DNA of 64,000 bases from an uncultured beta proteobacterium (GTDB lineage Bacteria > Pseudomonadota > Gammaproteobacteria > Burkholderiales > Burkholderiaceae_C), in NCBI GenBank assembly GCA_963750665.1, contig CAVVRQ010000028.1, positions 299,101 to 363,100 of the forward strand. The letters are read 5' to 3'. The notes under the pieces were generated by a model. That model was given only the letters and a program-made list of their open reading frames with translations, ran no database searches and was not told the DNA's origin. Made by a program: the position numbers and the translations under genes. Below are positions 49,534 through 59,703 of the stretch, piece after piece; the stretch's first letter is position 1; the number at the start of each line of letters is the position of its first letter.

Positions 49534-50439
49534 TTACGGGTTGGATGCTGCGGCCTGCTGCAGCCAGCGCACAAAAGTCTTGATCACCGGCCGCTCGTCG
49601 GCGCGCTCGGGTTGTACCAAATAATAGGCGCGATCGCTGGGCAAGGGCTGCTGGCAGGCCACCACCAGCTCACCGCGCGTCAGTTCGGCCTCGATCAGCA
49701 AACGCGGCACCAGCGCCAGCCCCAGACCGCAGGCAGCCGCCGCGGCGGTCATCGAAAAGAGCTCGAAGCGCGCGCCAGACAGCGCTTTGGGAGCAGCCAC
49801 CCCCTGCGCGTCAAACCAACGCCGCCAGCCGTCCATGCGGGTGCTTTGTTGCAGCAGCGACAACTCGGCCATCGCCTCGGGCGTGAGCGCGCCTTGCGGG
49901 CCCAGAAATTGTGGGCTGCAGACCGGCACCACTTCTTCGCTCAACAGCCGCAAGGCGCGCGTGCCAGCCCAGTTGCCCACCTGCTCGGGCGTGCCGGCAT
50001 AGAGCGCGGCGTCGAACCCGGCGTCGGCAAACATGAAGGGCCGGGTGCGAGTCTCGATGTGGACCGCGATCTCCGGCTGCAGCGCCTTCAGGGCGGGCAG
50101 GCGCGGGATCAGCCAGCGCGTAGCAAAGGTCGGCACCGCTGCCAGGTGGAGGGCTCCGCTCTGGCCCTGCGCCGACATCACATCAAGCGTGTCCTGCTCC
50201 AGCGCTTGCAGGCGCGGCGCCACCTGATGCGCGTACTCGGCACCGCGCTCGGTCAGCACCACGCCATGGCGCGTGCGGCGAAAGAGGGCAACGCCGACAA
50301 ACTCCTCCAGCCCGGCAATTTGCCGCGACACCGCACCCTGCGTGAGCGAGAGTTCTTGCGCGGCGCGGCTGTAGCTCTCATGGCGGGCGGCGGCTTCAAG
50401 ACAGGCCAGGGCTTGCAGCGAAGGGATTTTTCGGCGCAT
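49534..50439 (-). CDS. gcdR: GcvA-type LysR regulator, probably GcdR
   Basis: MRRKIPSLQAL, LTQGAVSRQI, VPTFATRWLIPRL; divergent from gcdH. Confidence 0.75.
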   Translation of the reverse strand: MRRKIPSLQALACLEAAARHESYSRAAQELSLTQGAVSRQIAGLEEFVGVALFRRTRHGVVLTERGAEYAHQVAPRLQALEQDTLDVMSAQGQSGALHLAAVPTFATRWLIPRLPALKALQPEIAVHIETRTRPFMFADAGFDAALYAGTPEQVGNWAGTRALRLLSEEVVPVCSPQFLGPQGALTPEAMAELSLLQQSTRMDGWRRWFDAQGVAAPKALSGARFELFSMTAAAAACGLGLALVPRLLIEAELTRGELVVACQQPLPSDRAYYLVQPERADERPVIKTFVRWLQQAAASNP

Positions 50440-50464
50440 CAATGACCCACAGTGAAGACTCGGG

Positions 50465-50893
50465 TCATGCAGTGACTGGCATGCTGTGCCACCAGAGCTG
50501 GCATTGGCGGCACAAGCCTGCTGTGTCGAACTCGGCGCTCAGCACGCCGTCAAGCACCATGCGGGGCAGTGGATCACCGGGTTTGCGCGCAACGAGATTG
50601 GTGCCGGTGGACTTGGCCCAGATCTGGAACAGCTCTTCCGAGGCGACCTGGTACGTGACGTGCCAATGCGCGATGCCGCTGCTGGCGCTGGACGCCAGCA
50701 CCTCATAGACGACCTGAACGTCTTGCTGAAGTTTGACGCGACGCCAATACTCGGCCAGTTGTGTCGGCCCGCGCTGCACGGCAAAAGGCGTGTTGTGGTA
50801 TTCGCCGTCCGGCGCAAACAGCGCGACGAACTTGGTTTCGTCGCGTGCCTCCCAAGCGGCTTTGTAGCCATGCATGAATTGCGTGATGTGCAT
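50465..50893 (-). CDS. NTF2/SnoaL-like protein
   Basis: YKAAWEARD....LFAPDGEY...PF.....G...LAEYW, AHW, EF...WW; ATG 50893. Confidence 0.7.
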   Translation of the reverse strand: MHITQFMHGYKAAWEARDETKFVALFAPDGEYHNTPFAVQRGPTQLAEYWRRVKLQQDVQVVYEVLASSASSGIAHWHVTYQVASEELFQIWAKSTGTNLVARKPGDPLPRMVLDGVLSAEFDTAGLCRQCQLWWHSMPVTA

Positions 50894-50967
50894 TTTGCTG
50901 ATCTCCAATGTTTGATTTGATAATATGCAGATTTTGGATATTAATTTAATTTAGAACCAATCAAAAC

Positions 50968-51009
50968 GCTATCTACTTTGTAGCTGTTTGCGCAATCTGA
51001 TATAAGGAC
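50968..51009 (+). repeat. Fixed-spacer block repeat, copy C (degenerate 3' block)
   Basis: GCTAT-N7-GTAGCTGTTTGCGCA-N6-TATAAGGAC. Confidence 0.6.
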
Positions 51010-51175
51010 CAGATGCCAAAAATGATGATCAAATTGAAAATTGACGGTTACGCCATTTGTCATCATGATATATCAAATTGGAATACCATTATGAAAACAA
51101 TTCGCGTACCACGCGTGCGCACGAGCCCCCGCCCTGGATTAGGATTGCATCCATTCATTTACCTGGAGACTCCCC

Positions 51176-52369
51176 ATGGCGCACGCCGCATTCAACTGGC
51201 AAGACCCCTTTTTGCTGAGCAGCCAGCTCAGCGACGACGAACGCATGGTGCAGGCCGCTGCCAGCGCCTATTGCCAGGACAAGCTGCTGCCGCGCGTGTT
51301 GGAAGCCTTTCGCGCCGAAAAAACCGATGTCTCGATTTTTCGCGAGATGGGCGCGCTCGGCCTGCTCGGGCCCACCATTCCGGAAGCCTACGGTGGCCCG
51401 GGTTTAAGCTACGTGGCCTACGGCCTGATTGCGCGCGAAGTCGAGCGCGTTGACTCCGGCTATCGCTCGATGATGAGCGTGCAAAGCTCGCTCGTAATGC
51501 TGCCGATATTTGACTTTGGCACCGAAGCGCAAAAGCAAAAGTATCTGCCCAAACTCGCCACCGGCGAGTGGATCGGCTGCTTTGGCCTGACCGAGCCCGA
51601 CCATGGCTCCGATCCCGGCTCGATGGCCACACGCGCGCACAAGGTGGCGGGTGGCTACAAGCTCAGTGGCAGCAAGATGTGGATTTCCAACTCGCCCATC
51701 GCCGACGTGTTTGTGGTCTGGGCCAAGGAGGTGTCTGAGTCCGGCCAGGTGGGACCAATTCGCGGCTTTGTGCTGGACAAAGGCGCCAAGGGTTTGAGCG
51801 CCCCGGCGATTCACGGCAAGGTTGGTCTGCGCGCTTCCATCACCGGCGAGATCGTCATGGACAGCGTGTTCTGCCCGGAAGAAAACGCCTTCCCTGAGAT
51901 CCGTGGCCTCAAAGGCCCGTTCACCTGCCTGGACTCGGCGCGCTACGGCATCGCCTGGGGCACGCTGGGTGCGGCCGAAGACTGCTGGCTGCGCGCGCAC
52001 CGCTACGTGATGGAGCGCAAGCAGTTTGGCCGCCCGCTCGCCGCCAACCAGTTGATCCAGAAGAAACTGGCCGACATGCAGACCGAGATTGCGCTGGGCC
52101 TGCAGGGCTGCCTGCGCCTGGGGCGCATGAAAGACGAAGGCACAGCGTCGGTTGAAATCACTTCGATCCTGAAACGCAACTCCTGCGGCAAGTCGCTCGA
52201 CATTGCCCGCCTGGCGCGCGACATGATGGGCGGCAACGGCATCAGCGACGAGTTCGGTGTGGCGCGCCATTTGGTGAATCTGGAAGTGGTTAACACCTAC
52301 GAAGGCACGCACGACATCCACGCGCTGATTCTGGGCCGCGCGCAGACCGGGATTCAGGCGTTTAATTAA
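51176..52369 (+). CDS. gcdH: Glutaryl-CoA dehydrogenase
   Basis: [61 protein letters not shown]; SD GGAG. Confidence 0.96.
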   Translation: MAHAAFNWQDPFLLSSQLSDDERMVQAAASAYCQDKLLPRVLEAFRAEKTDVSIFREMGALGLLGPTIPEAYGGPGLSYVAYGLIAREVERVDSGYRSMMSVQSSLVMLPIFDFGTEAQKQKYLPKLATGEWIGCFGLTEPDHGSDPGSMATRAHKVAGGYKLSGSKMWISNSPIADVFVVWAKEVSESGQVGPIRGFVLDKGAKGLSAPAIHGKVGLRASITGEIVMDSVFCPEENAFPEIRGLKGPFTCLDSARYGIAWGTLGAAEDCWLRAHRYVMERKQFGRPLAANQLIQKKLADMQTEIALGLQGCLRLGRMKDEGTASVEITSILKRNSCGKSLDIARLARDMMGGNGISDEFGVARHLVNLEVVNTYEGTHDIHALILGRAQTGIQAFN

Positions 52370-52395
52370 TTGGGGTCAGATTCCAATTATTTTTT
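52367..52395 (+). terminator. Palindrome overlapping the gcdH stop, followed by a T-tract
   Basis: TAATTGGGGTCAGATTCCAATTA then TTTTTT. Confidence 0.65.
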
Positions 52396-52437
52396 CCTTC
52401 TCAGTGACCAGGGATATTGATGCGACAGTCTGTGGAG

Positions 52438-52669
52438 GCAGCGGGTGGGGTATTGGGGCCCGCCTCATACGCGCTTCGCTTTGCGAAATCGGCGGACCCC
52501 AATACCCCACCCGCTGCTGCGCGCGCCTTGGTGTGCCAACTTTGAAAACCCGGCTTCTGGCATTCATCGTCGCAAACTCATATGCCGTTCGGGCCGTGGG
52601 TGCTAAGGCAGGGGGTCGATTTCGCAAAGCGAAGCGCGTATGAGGCCCACTGCCTTAGCACCCGCGGCC
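52438..52669. repeat. Twin-hairpin element: two unrelated long stems carrying the same 26-nt loop in opposite orientation
   Basis: Stem 1 52438-52464/52491-52517 (26/27 paired); stem 2 52592-52617/52644-52669. Loop TCATACGCGCTTCGCTTTGCGAAATC (52465-52490) is the exact reverse complement of 52618-52643. Confidence 0.9.
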
Positions 52670-52745
52670 AGCCACAACCACTTGCCCAACAACGATAACA
52701 AGCCCCGGACTTCAACCCCACCACGCTAACCGATTCACTCGCACC

Positions 52746-54005
52746 ATGACCACACCCCCTGCCGCCCTGTCCCACCTCAAAGTTCTCGATCTGTCGCGCG
52801 TGCTGGCGGGCCCGTGGTGCACCCAGATGCTGGCGGACCTGGGCGCTGATGTGATCAAGGTCGAGCGCCCGGGCTTGGGCGACGACACGCGCCACTGGGG
52901 CCCGCCCTTCATGCAGGACGTGGACGGTCACGACACTTCCGAGGCCAGCTATTTCACCGCCTGCAACCGCAACAAGCGCTCGATCACGCTCGACATGGGC
53001 AAGCCAGAAGGCCAGGCGCTGATCCGCAAGATGGCCGCGCAAAGCGACGTGCTGGTGGAAAACTTCAAGGTCGGCGGCTTGAAGCAATACGGGCTTGATT
53101 ACGAGAGCCTCAAAGCGCTCAACCCGCGCCTGATATATTGCTCCATCACCGGCTTCGGGCAAACCGGCCCGTATGCCGAGCGCGCTGGCTACGACCTGAT
53201 GATCCAGGCCACGAGCGGCCTGATGAGCATTACCGGCGCGGCCGATGGCACGCCCGGCGGCGGCCCGATGCGGGTCGGCGTGGCGGTGATCGACATCTTC
53301 ACCGGGGTCTATGCCACCAGCGCGATTCTGGCGGCGCTCGAAGTACGCCACCGCAGCGGCGCGGGCCAGCACATCGACATGGCCCTGCTCGACGTTGGCA
53401 TGGCGGTTCTGGGCAATCAGGCGGCGGGTTTTCTCAACACCGGCCAGGTGCCACAACGCCAGGGCAACACCCACCCCAGTCTGGCCCCCTACCAGACCTT
53501 TGACACCGCCGACGGTGCCATGCTGCTGGCGATTGGCAACGACGGCCAGTTTGCCCGCTTCTGTGCGGCGGCCGCTCGCCCGGAGTGGTCCGCCGACCCG
53601 CGCTTTGCCAGCAACAGCTTGCGCGTCAAGCATCGTGACGCCCTGGTGGCGGCCATGCTGCCGGTCACGCGCAGCCGCTGCACCGCCGACTGGATTGCGC
53701 TGCTGGAAGACAAAGCCGTGCCATGCGGCGCCATCAACGACCTCGGGCAGGCCTTTGCCGACGCCCAGGTGCAGGCCCGGGGTTTGGTAATAAATCAGAC
53801 TTTAGCCCCCGTCAATCATGCGCTAGCAGCTAGTAAATCAATAGCAAATATCAAAACGGTGGCGAGCCCGCTGCGACTGCTGGGCACACCCGCGGTGCTG
53901 CGCCGCGCGCCGCCGGCGCTGGGCCAGCACAGCGACGAGGTGCTCCTTGAACTCGGGCTCGATGCCGCGCAGGTGGCGGCGCTGCGTCAGGCGGGCGTGG
54001 TCTAG
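52746..54005 (+). CDS. CaiB/BaiF family III CoA-transferase (probable succinyl-CoA:glutarate CoA-transferase)
   Basis: VLDLSRVLAGP, LGADVIKVE, NRNKRS, DVLVENF, AGYDLMIQA, PALGQHS; adjacent to gcdH. Confidence 0.9.
   Translation: MTTPPAALSHLKVLDLSRVLAGPWCTQMLADLGADVIKVERPGLGDDTRHWGPPFMQDVDGHDTSEASYFTACNRNKRSITLDMGKPEGQALIRKMAAQSDVLVENFKVGGLKQYGLDYESLKALNPRLIYCSITGFGQTGPYAERAGYDLMIQATSGLMSITGAADGTPGGGPMRVGVAVIDIFTGVYATSAILAALEVRHRSGAGQHIDMALLDVGMAVLGNQAAGFLNTGQVPQRQGNTHPSLAPYQTFDTADGAMLLAIGNDGQFARFCAAAARPEWSADPRFASNSLRVKHRDALVAAMLPVTRSRCTADWIALLEDKAVPCGAINDLGQAFADAQVQARGLVINQTLAPVNHALAASKSIANIKTVASPLRLLGTPAVLRRAPPALGQHSDEVLLELGLDAAQVAALRQAGVV
53792..53849 (-). repeat. Fixed-spacer block repeat, copy D, in-frame inside the CoA-transferase CDS
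   Basis: Minus strand GCTAT-N7-CTAGCTGCTAGCGCA-N6-ACGGGGGCT; plus strand encodes NQTLAPVNHALAASKSIAN. Confidence 0.8.
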
Positions 54006-54050
54006 TCGTCGCGGCGCAAGGTGCTTGCTGCGCCAGCGTCTATGCGGGTG

Positions 54051-57000
54051 TCAAGCCTGCAGCGCAAACGCCTCAAATTCGGCCAGCGGCAGCGGCCGGC
54101 TGAACAGGTAGCCCTGATAGGCATGGCAGCCCAGGCTCGCCAGCAGCGCACATTGCGGCTCGGTCTCCACGCCCTCGGCGATGGCGTTCAGGCCCATGCT
54201 GTTGGCCAGCGCCACCACCATCTTGGCAATCGCGGCGTCATTCGCGTCGAGCAGGATATTTCGCACAAAACCCTGGTCGATCTTGAGTTGATCAAGCGGC
54301 AGGCGTTTGAGGTAGGAAAGCGACGAATAACCGGTGCCGAAGTCGTCCAGCGAGAAGCCAACACCCTGGTCCTTGAGGGCGTTCATCTTGGCCACCACAT
54401 CTTCAATGTTGCTCACCAGCATGCTCTCGGTCAGTTCCAGCTTGAGCCGGCTCGGGTTGGCACCGGTGCGCGCCAGCGTATCGAACACCTGGCGCACCAG
54501 GTTGCTCTGGTGGAACTGACGCGCGCTCACATTGACGGCCATCGTGAGATGCGCCAGCTTGGGGCGCCTGGCCCACTGCGCCAGTTGTTGGCAGGCTGCA
54601 TCGAGCACCCAGTTGCCCAGTGGCAGGATCAGGCCGGTTTCTTCCGCCAACCCGATAAACTCGCCCGGCGACACCAGCCCGCGCTTGGGATCAAGCCAGC
54701 GCACCAGCGCCTCGACCCCGGTAATCTGACGCTCGGCGTTGACCTGCGCCTGGTAGTGCAGCACAAACTGCTGACGCTCCAGCGCCTCGCGCAAGCCCGC
54801 TTCCAGGGCAACCCGGGAGGTAACGGCGTCTTGCATCTGGGGATCAAAAAAACGCAGTGTGTTGCGGCCGGCGGCCTTGGCCTGGTACATCGCCAGCTCG
54901 GCCCGTTTGAGCGGCTCTTCAAGGTTCTCCTCGGCTTGACCGAGCACCGTGATGCCGATGCTGGCGCTGCAGTGATGCATATATTCGTCCAGCGGGTAGG
55001 CCTGGTTGAGGGCCAGCAGTATCTTGCGGCCCACGCTTTCGGCGTGTAGCGCAGCCTCGTGCGGGTTCGCGGCCGGGTCCTGCAGCAGCACCACGAATTC
55101 ATCTCCGCTGAGCCGGGCCACGGTGTCAAGCTCGCGCACGCAAGCGTTCAAACGCCGGGCCACCTCTTGCAGCAGTGCGTTTCCCGCTTCATGCCCGCGT
55201 GTGTCGTTCAGCGCTTTGAAGTTGTCCAGGTCGACAAACAACAGTGCCCCGGTGTTCTGGTGAGCGGCTGCGCCAGCCTGTGTTTTCCTGAGCTGATCGT
55301 GCAATAGCTGGCGGTTGGGCAGGCCGGTCAGCGGGTCATAGAAGGCCAGATTGTAGATTTGGCTTTTGGCTTCCTGGTGCTGGGTGATGTCTTGCACCGT
55401 GCCGCGTGTTCGCAGCGCCTTGCCGCTGGCGTCAAATTCAGACAGACAGCGCTGCTGCACCCACTTGATGCGCCCATCGGGCATCAGCAGCCGGTGCACG
55501 AGGTCGCAAGGCTTGCGCTGGGCCAGGGCTTCGTTGTAGGCCTGCTTCACGGCGTCGCGGTCGAGTGGGTGGGTGGCATCCAGCAAGCCTTGATAGTTGG
55601 GTGAGAATTGTGCTGGGTCGAGTTCGAAGATGCGGTAGATCTCGTCGCTCCAGATCAACTTGCCGCTCGGCTGCTCAAGCGTCCAGTTGCCGAGCTGGGC
55701 GATACGCTGGGCCTCGCTCAAGCTGGACTCGCTGGCGCGCAAGCGTTGCTCGGCCTGTTTGCGCTCGGTGATGTCCTGAATTGTGCCCTGCATCTTGAGC
55801 GGCTCGCCGTGCGCGTCGAATTCGAGTTCGCCCAGGCCGTGCACCCAGCGCTGGGTCTGGTCATCGTGGCGGCGGATGCGGTATTCCTTGTTGAAGGCCT
55901 GGCCTTGTCCCAGCACGTCGTCCCGAAAGTAATTTGCCATCAGCGCCTGATCGTCAGGCTCGATCAGGGCGGTCCAGCCCAGCACCGAGCGGTCGTAGCC
56001 TGCGTCGATGCCGAACAGGCGGTCGAGCATCTCCGAGCTGTCCCAATGCCCGCTGTGGATATCGAGCACATAGCTGCCCAGCCCGGCCATGCGTTGTGAT
56101 TCCTTGAGCGAGCGTTCGCTTTGGCGCAGTCGCTCGTCGGCTTGCTGGCGCGCTGCCTCATGCGCAAAATTATCCAGTGCAAAACTGATGTCCGAGCTCA
56201 TTTCAATCAGCAGCTGGCGAATCGCTTCATCGAACGCATTCACTTCAGCCGCATACAGAACGAGCGCGCCCACTGCCACGCCGGCGCGCCGGATCGGCAG
56301 CGATGCCGCGCCCGCCCAGCCCGCACGTGCGCCGCGCTCATGCCAGGCTGCGGTGCGCGCATCGTTGGCGAAATCCTGGCACCAGTTCGGCTGATCCTGC
56401 CGAATCGCGCTGCCGGTAAGGCCTTGACCCGAGGGTTTGCCCGCATCCACCGACAAGTCGAGCTGCGCTACATAGCCCAGGTTGTCGCCAAACGACGCCA
56501 CCCTGACGACTTGCTGGTTGTGCTGATCGACCAGTCCGATCCAGGCCGCCTGCATGCCACCGAAAGTCACCGCCACGCGGCAAACTTCGGCGAACAACTC
56601 GGCCTCGCTGTGGCAACGCACAATGGCCTGGTTGCATTGGCTCAATGCGGCATAAAGCTGGCTCAGGCGCAGTGTTTTGGCTTCGGCTTTTCTGCGCGCC
56701 GTGATGTCGCGTGTGACACCCAGGATGCCGATGAACTGACCGCTGCCATCGCGCATGCCGCTGGTCGTGACCTCGGTCCAGACGCTGCCCCCGTTCTTGC
56801 AGGGCTGCTCGAGCTCACCGCGAAACTCGATAAACGGCAAACCCGCCGCCATGGCCGCGATCGATTGGCCCAGGCTCCTGGTGGCCAGCTCAATCGACCC
56901 GGGCACAGAGACTGCTCCAGCGACTGCTGCAGCACTTCTGCGCCGGAGTAGCCGCGCAGCTTCTCGACCGACGGGCTGACGTAAGTGAAACGCCCTTGCA

Positions 57001-57655
57001 GGTTCATGGTCCAGATCACATCGCTGGCATTGTCGGCCAGCAGGCGGTGACGCCGCTCGCTCTCACTCAGCGCGGTGGCCGCCTCCAACGCCGTTTGCTG
57101 GCTCGACAGTACCTTGCCAATCAGCAGCGTGACCAGGGGGTAGGCCAGCAAAATTGGCAGGCCAAGGTGTTGCAGGGTGTCGAGCGCCATTGCGGCCGGC
57201 AAGGCCAGCATCAGCAACAGCATGCTCAGGTGGACCGCCAGGCCGACCAGCAGCAGGCGCTTGGCCGTGAGCGTCAGCCCGCGCCGACGCCAGCGGCGAT
57301 GGAAATACAGGCCCCAGAGCGCCGAGGCGAGGATCACCAGCACGCCCACATAGACGCCGATACCGCCCAGGTAGATGCGGTACAGAAGCGCCATGGCGGC
57401 GGCAATAGTGACGGCCAGCGGGCCAAAATACAGGCCACACAGGCTGATCATCACCGAGCGACCATCAAAGATCAGCCCCGGCCCCAGCGCCAGCGGATGC
57501 AGCATGCCGATCAATGCGGCGGCGCCAAACAGCATGCCCTGCACAATAGCCTGCCGACCTGGCGCTTCTTCGGGTTGGCGCACGAAGCCCGAGATCAGGC
57601 TCATGGCCACCAGCATGGCCAGGTTGAAGAGGAGTTCGATTGCGCTTGTAACCAC
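54051..57655 (-). pseudogene. 5TMR-LYT/PAS/GAF/PAS/PAS/GGDEF/EAL c-di-GMP enzyme split by a 1-bp frameshift at about 56900
   Basis: ORF 57655-56663 encodes 5TMR-LYT plus the start of a PAS domain. ORF 56906-54051 continues the same PAS domain, then GAF, PAS, SGDEF and GVEAL. Adding one G at CCCGGG gives 1201 aa. Confidence 0.8.
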
Positions 57656-57793
57656 ATTTCATTTTAGCTTGAGGGCGCACCGAGGTGACAGCCAAAAGGC
57701 GCCAACTTGGGCAAACTGCACGCCGATAAGCTTGAAGCTTGCGCCAGCTGGTGGGCGGCGGCTTCAGGCGTTTCTTTACCGGAAAGGCAGTCC

Positions 57794-59086
57794 ATGGAAT
57801 TTGACTATTCGCCCGAAGTGCAGACTTTGCGTCGTCGGCTGGAAGACTTTATCGATCGCTATGTCTTGCCCTATAACGCGGCCTGGCATCGCTCGGTGGC
57901 GGAGGGAATTTTCCCGCCGCCGTTCATGTCCGACCTGAAGGCGCTGGCCAAATCCGAGGGCTTGTGGAATCTGTTCCTGCCGGGTTTGCGTGACGATGAG
58001 CCGGGCCTGCGCCTGAGCAATGTGGCGTATGCGCCGCTGGCCGAAGTCATGGGCCGCTTGCCCTGGGCATCGGAGGTCTTCAATTGCAGCGCGCCCGACA
58101 CCGGCAATATGGAACTGCTGCACCTGTTTGCCACACCGCAGCAGAATCAGCAATGGCTGCGCCCCTTGCTCGAGGGTGACATCCGCTCGGCCTTTGCCAT
58201 GTCGGAGCCGGACGTGGCCTCGTCCGATCCAACCAACCTGCAGACCTGCGTGCGCCATGAGGGTGAGCAGTTAGTCCTGAACGGTCGCAAATGGTTTGTA
58301 ACCGGTGCCGCGCACCCCGACTGTAAATTGCTCATTGTGATGTGTCGCAGTGGCAACGAGGGCGCCGACAAACATGCGTCCCACAGCATGCTGCTGGTGC
58401 CCCTGGACACGCCCGGTGTCAAGCTGGTGCGCAACATGGCCATCATGCAGCACCACTCGCCCGAAGGGCATTGTGAGATTGTCTTTGCGGACGTGCGCCT
58501 GCCGGCTGCCAACCTGCTGGGCCGCGAAGGTGCCGGTTTTGCCATGGCGCAGGCACGCCTGGGGCCGGGTCGCATCCATCACTGCATGCGCACCATCGGC
58601 CAGTGCGAACTGGCGCTCTCCTTGATGTGCGAGCGCACGCTGGAGCGCCACGTTTTTGGCAAGTACCTGTCTGATTTCGCCAACATTCAGGAGTGGATTG
58701 CGGATTCGCGTCTGGAGATCGATCAGGCGCGCCTGTTGGTGCTGCGCGCCGCCTGGCGTCTCGATCAGAAGGGGTTGGTGCCGACTGCTGAACGGACGCA
58801 AAGCCGGGTTGATGTGGCCGCCATCAAGGTGGTGGCCGCGCGGCTACAAACGCGTGTGGTCAATCGCGCCATGCAGGTCTTTGGTGCCATGGGTCTTTCA
58901 CCCGACACGCCGCTGGCCTACTTCTGGACCTGGGGCCGTGCCATGCAACTGCTCGATGGTCCGGATGAAGTCCATTTGCGCAGCGTGGCGCGCCATGAAC
59001 TTGCGCTGGCGAGCCAGCATCGGGGTGCCAGCGCCGCTTACTTTACGTTGCCGGAGCAAATGCTGGCCGAGCCGCACATCCGATAG
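57794..59086 (+). CDS. Acyl-CoA dehydrogenase (ACAD10/11/FadE2-like)
   Basis: AKSEGLWNLFLP, FNCSAPDTGNME, AMSEPDVASSD, RLGPGRIHHCMR, DGPDEVH; ATG 57794 after GAAAGG. Confidence 0.92.
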   Translation: MEFDYSPEVQTLRRRLEDFIDRYVLPYNAAWHRSVAEGIFPPPFMSDLKALAKSEGLWNLFLPGLRDDEPGLRLSNVAYAPLAEVMGRLPWASEVFNCSAPDTGNMELLHLFATPQQNQQWLRPLLEGDIRSAFAMSEPDVASSDPTNLQTCVRHEGEQLVLNGRKWFVTGAAHPDCKLLIVMCRSGNEGADKHASHSMLLVPLDTPGVKLVRNMAIMQHHSPEGHCEIVFADVRLPAANLLGREGAGFAMAQARLGPGRIHHCMRTIGQCELALSLMCERTLERHVFGKYLSDFANIQEWIADSRLEIDQARLLVLRAAWRLDQKGLVPTAERTQSRVDVAAIKVVAARLQTRVVNRAMQVFGAMGLSPDTPLAYFWTWGRAMQLLDGPDEVHLRSVARHELALASQHRGASAAYFTLPEQMLAEPHIR

Positions 59087-59115
59087 CCATCATCGCACGG
59101 CTGCGCTGCTGCGGG

Positions 59116-59703
59116 TCAACGTTCTTCCTGCCAATGACGCACGCTGTAACGCTGCAGCCGCACGTCTTTGGACCAAAAATCAGACGCCAGTCCCGCCTTG
59201 CGCTTGAGCTGCGCCATGAATTCACGTGCGCTTGGCAACTGCTCCCAGACTTGCGGCAAGAAGGTACTGCGGTAACGGCCGCATTCAAATACCACCCCGT
59301 CCACGCCAGGTCGCAATTGCGCCAACGCCTGTACTTCACTTTCAAACCGCATCGCCTGCAGCGGCGACAGCAATGAGACTTCAATTACGGTGCTGGCCAG
59401 TTCTGTCAGAGTCAGAGGCAAAAAGCGCGGATCGTGCAAGGCAGCCGCGACGGCATTGGACTTGACATCGGCCAGCAACGGGCGGCTGGCCTGCAGCGAC
59501 CCAATGCAGCCTCGCAACTGCCCGTGCTGGGTCAGCGTGACAAAGCAGGCACCCGGCTCTTGCAGCCAGGCGGCACCTTCCGGGGTCACAGCCGATTCCT
59601 GACCCAAAGCCTTGGCGATGGTCGCGCGCGCGATCGGCAGCAAGATGTCCCCGGCATCCTCGGGTGCCGCCTGTTGCCCGCCATCGCTGGCATCAATGCT
59701 CAT
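59116..59703 (-). CDS. amrA: AmmeMemoRadiSam system protein A (AMMECR1 domain)
   Basis: GACFVTL...GQLRGCIGS, AALHDPRF, EVSLLS, TFLPQVWEQLP, LKRKAG. Confidence 0.93.
   Translation of the reverse strand: MSIDASDGGQQAAPEDAGDILLPIARATIAKALGQESAVTPEGAAWLQEPGACFVTLTQHGQLRGCIGSLQASRPLLADVKSNAVAAALHDPRFLPLTLTELASTVIEVSLLSPLQAMRFESEVQALAQLRPGVDGVVFECGRYRSTFLPQVWEQLPSAREFMAQLKRKAGLASDFWSKDVRLQRYSVRHWQEER

Noticed and set aside
49255-50445. 396-aa plus-strand ORF, and similar long ORFs (54021-55049, 52578-53633, 8446-9438, 1215-2309, 60424-61494)
   Set aside because: Antisense shadows of well-supported genes, expected in high-GC DNA; no recognisable motifs.
51013-51453. 146-aa ORF overlapping the gcdH start
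   Set aside because: Different frame over gcdH, begins in AT-rich promoter DNA and has no protein-like features.
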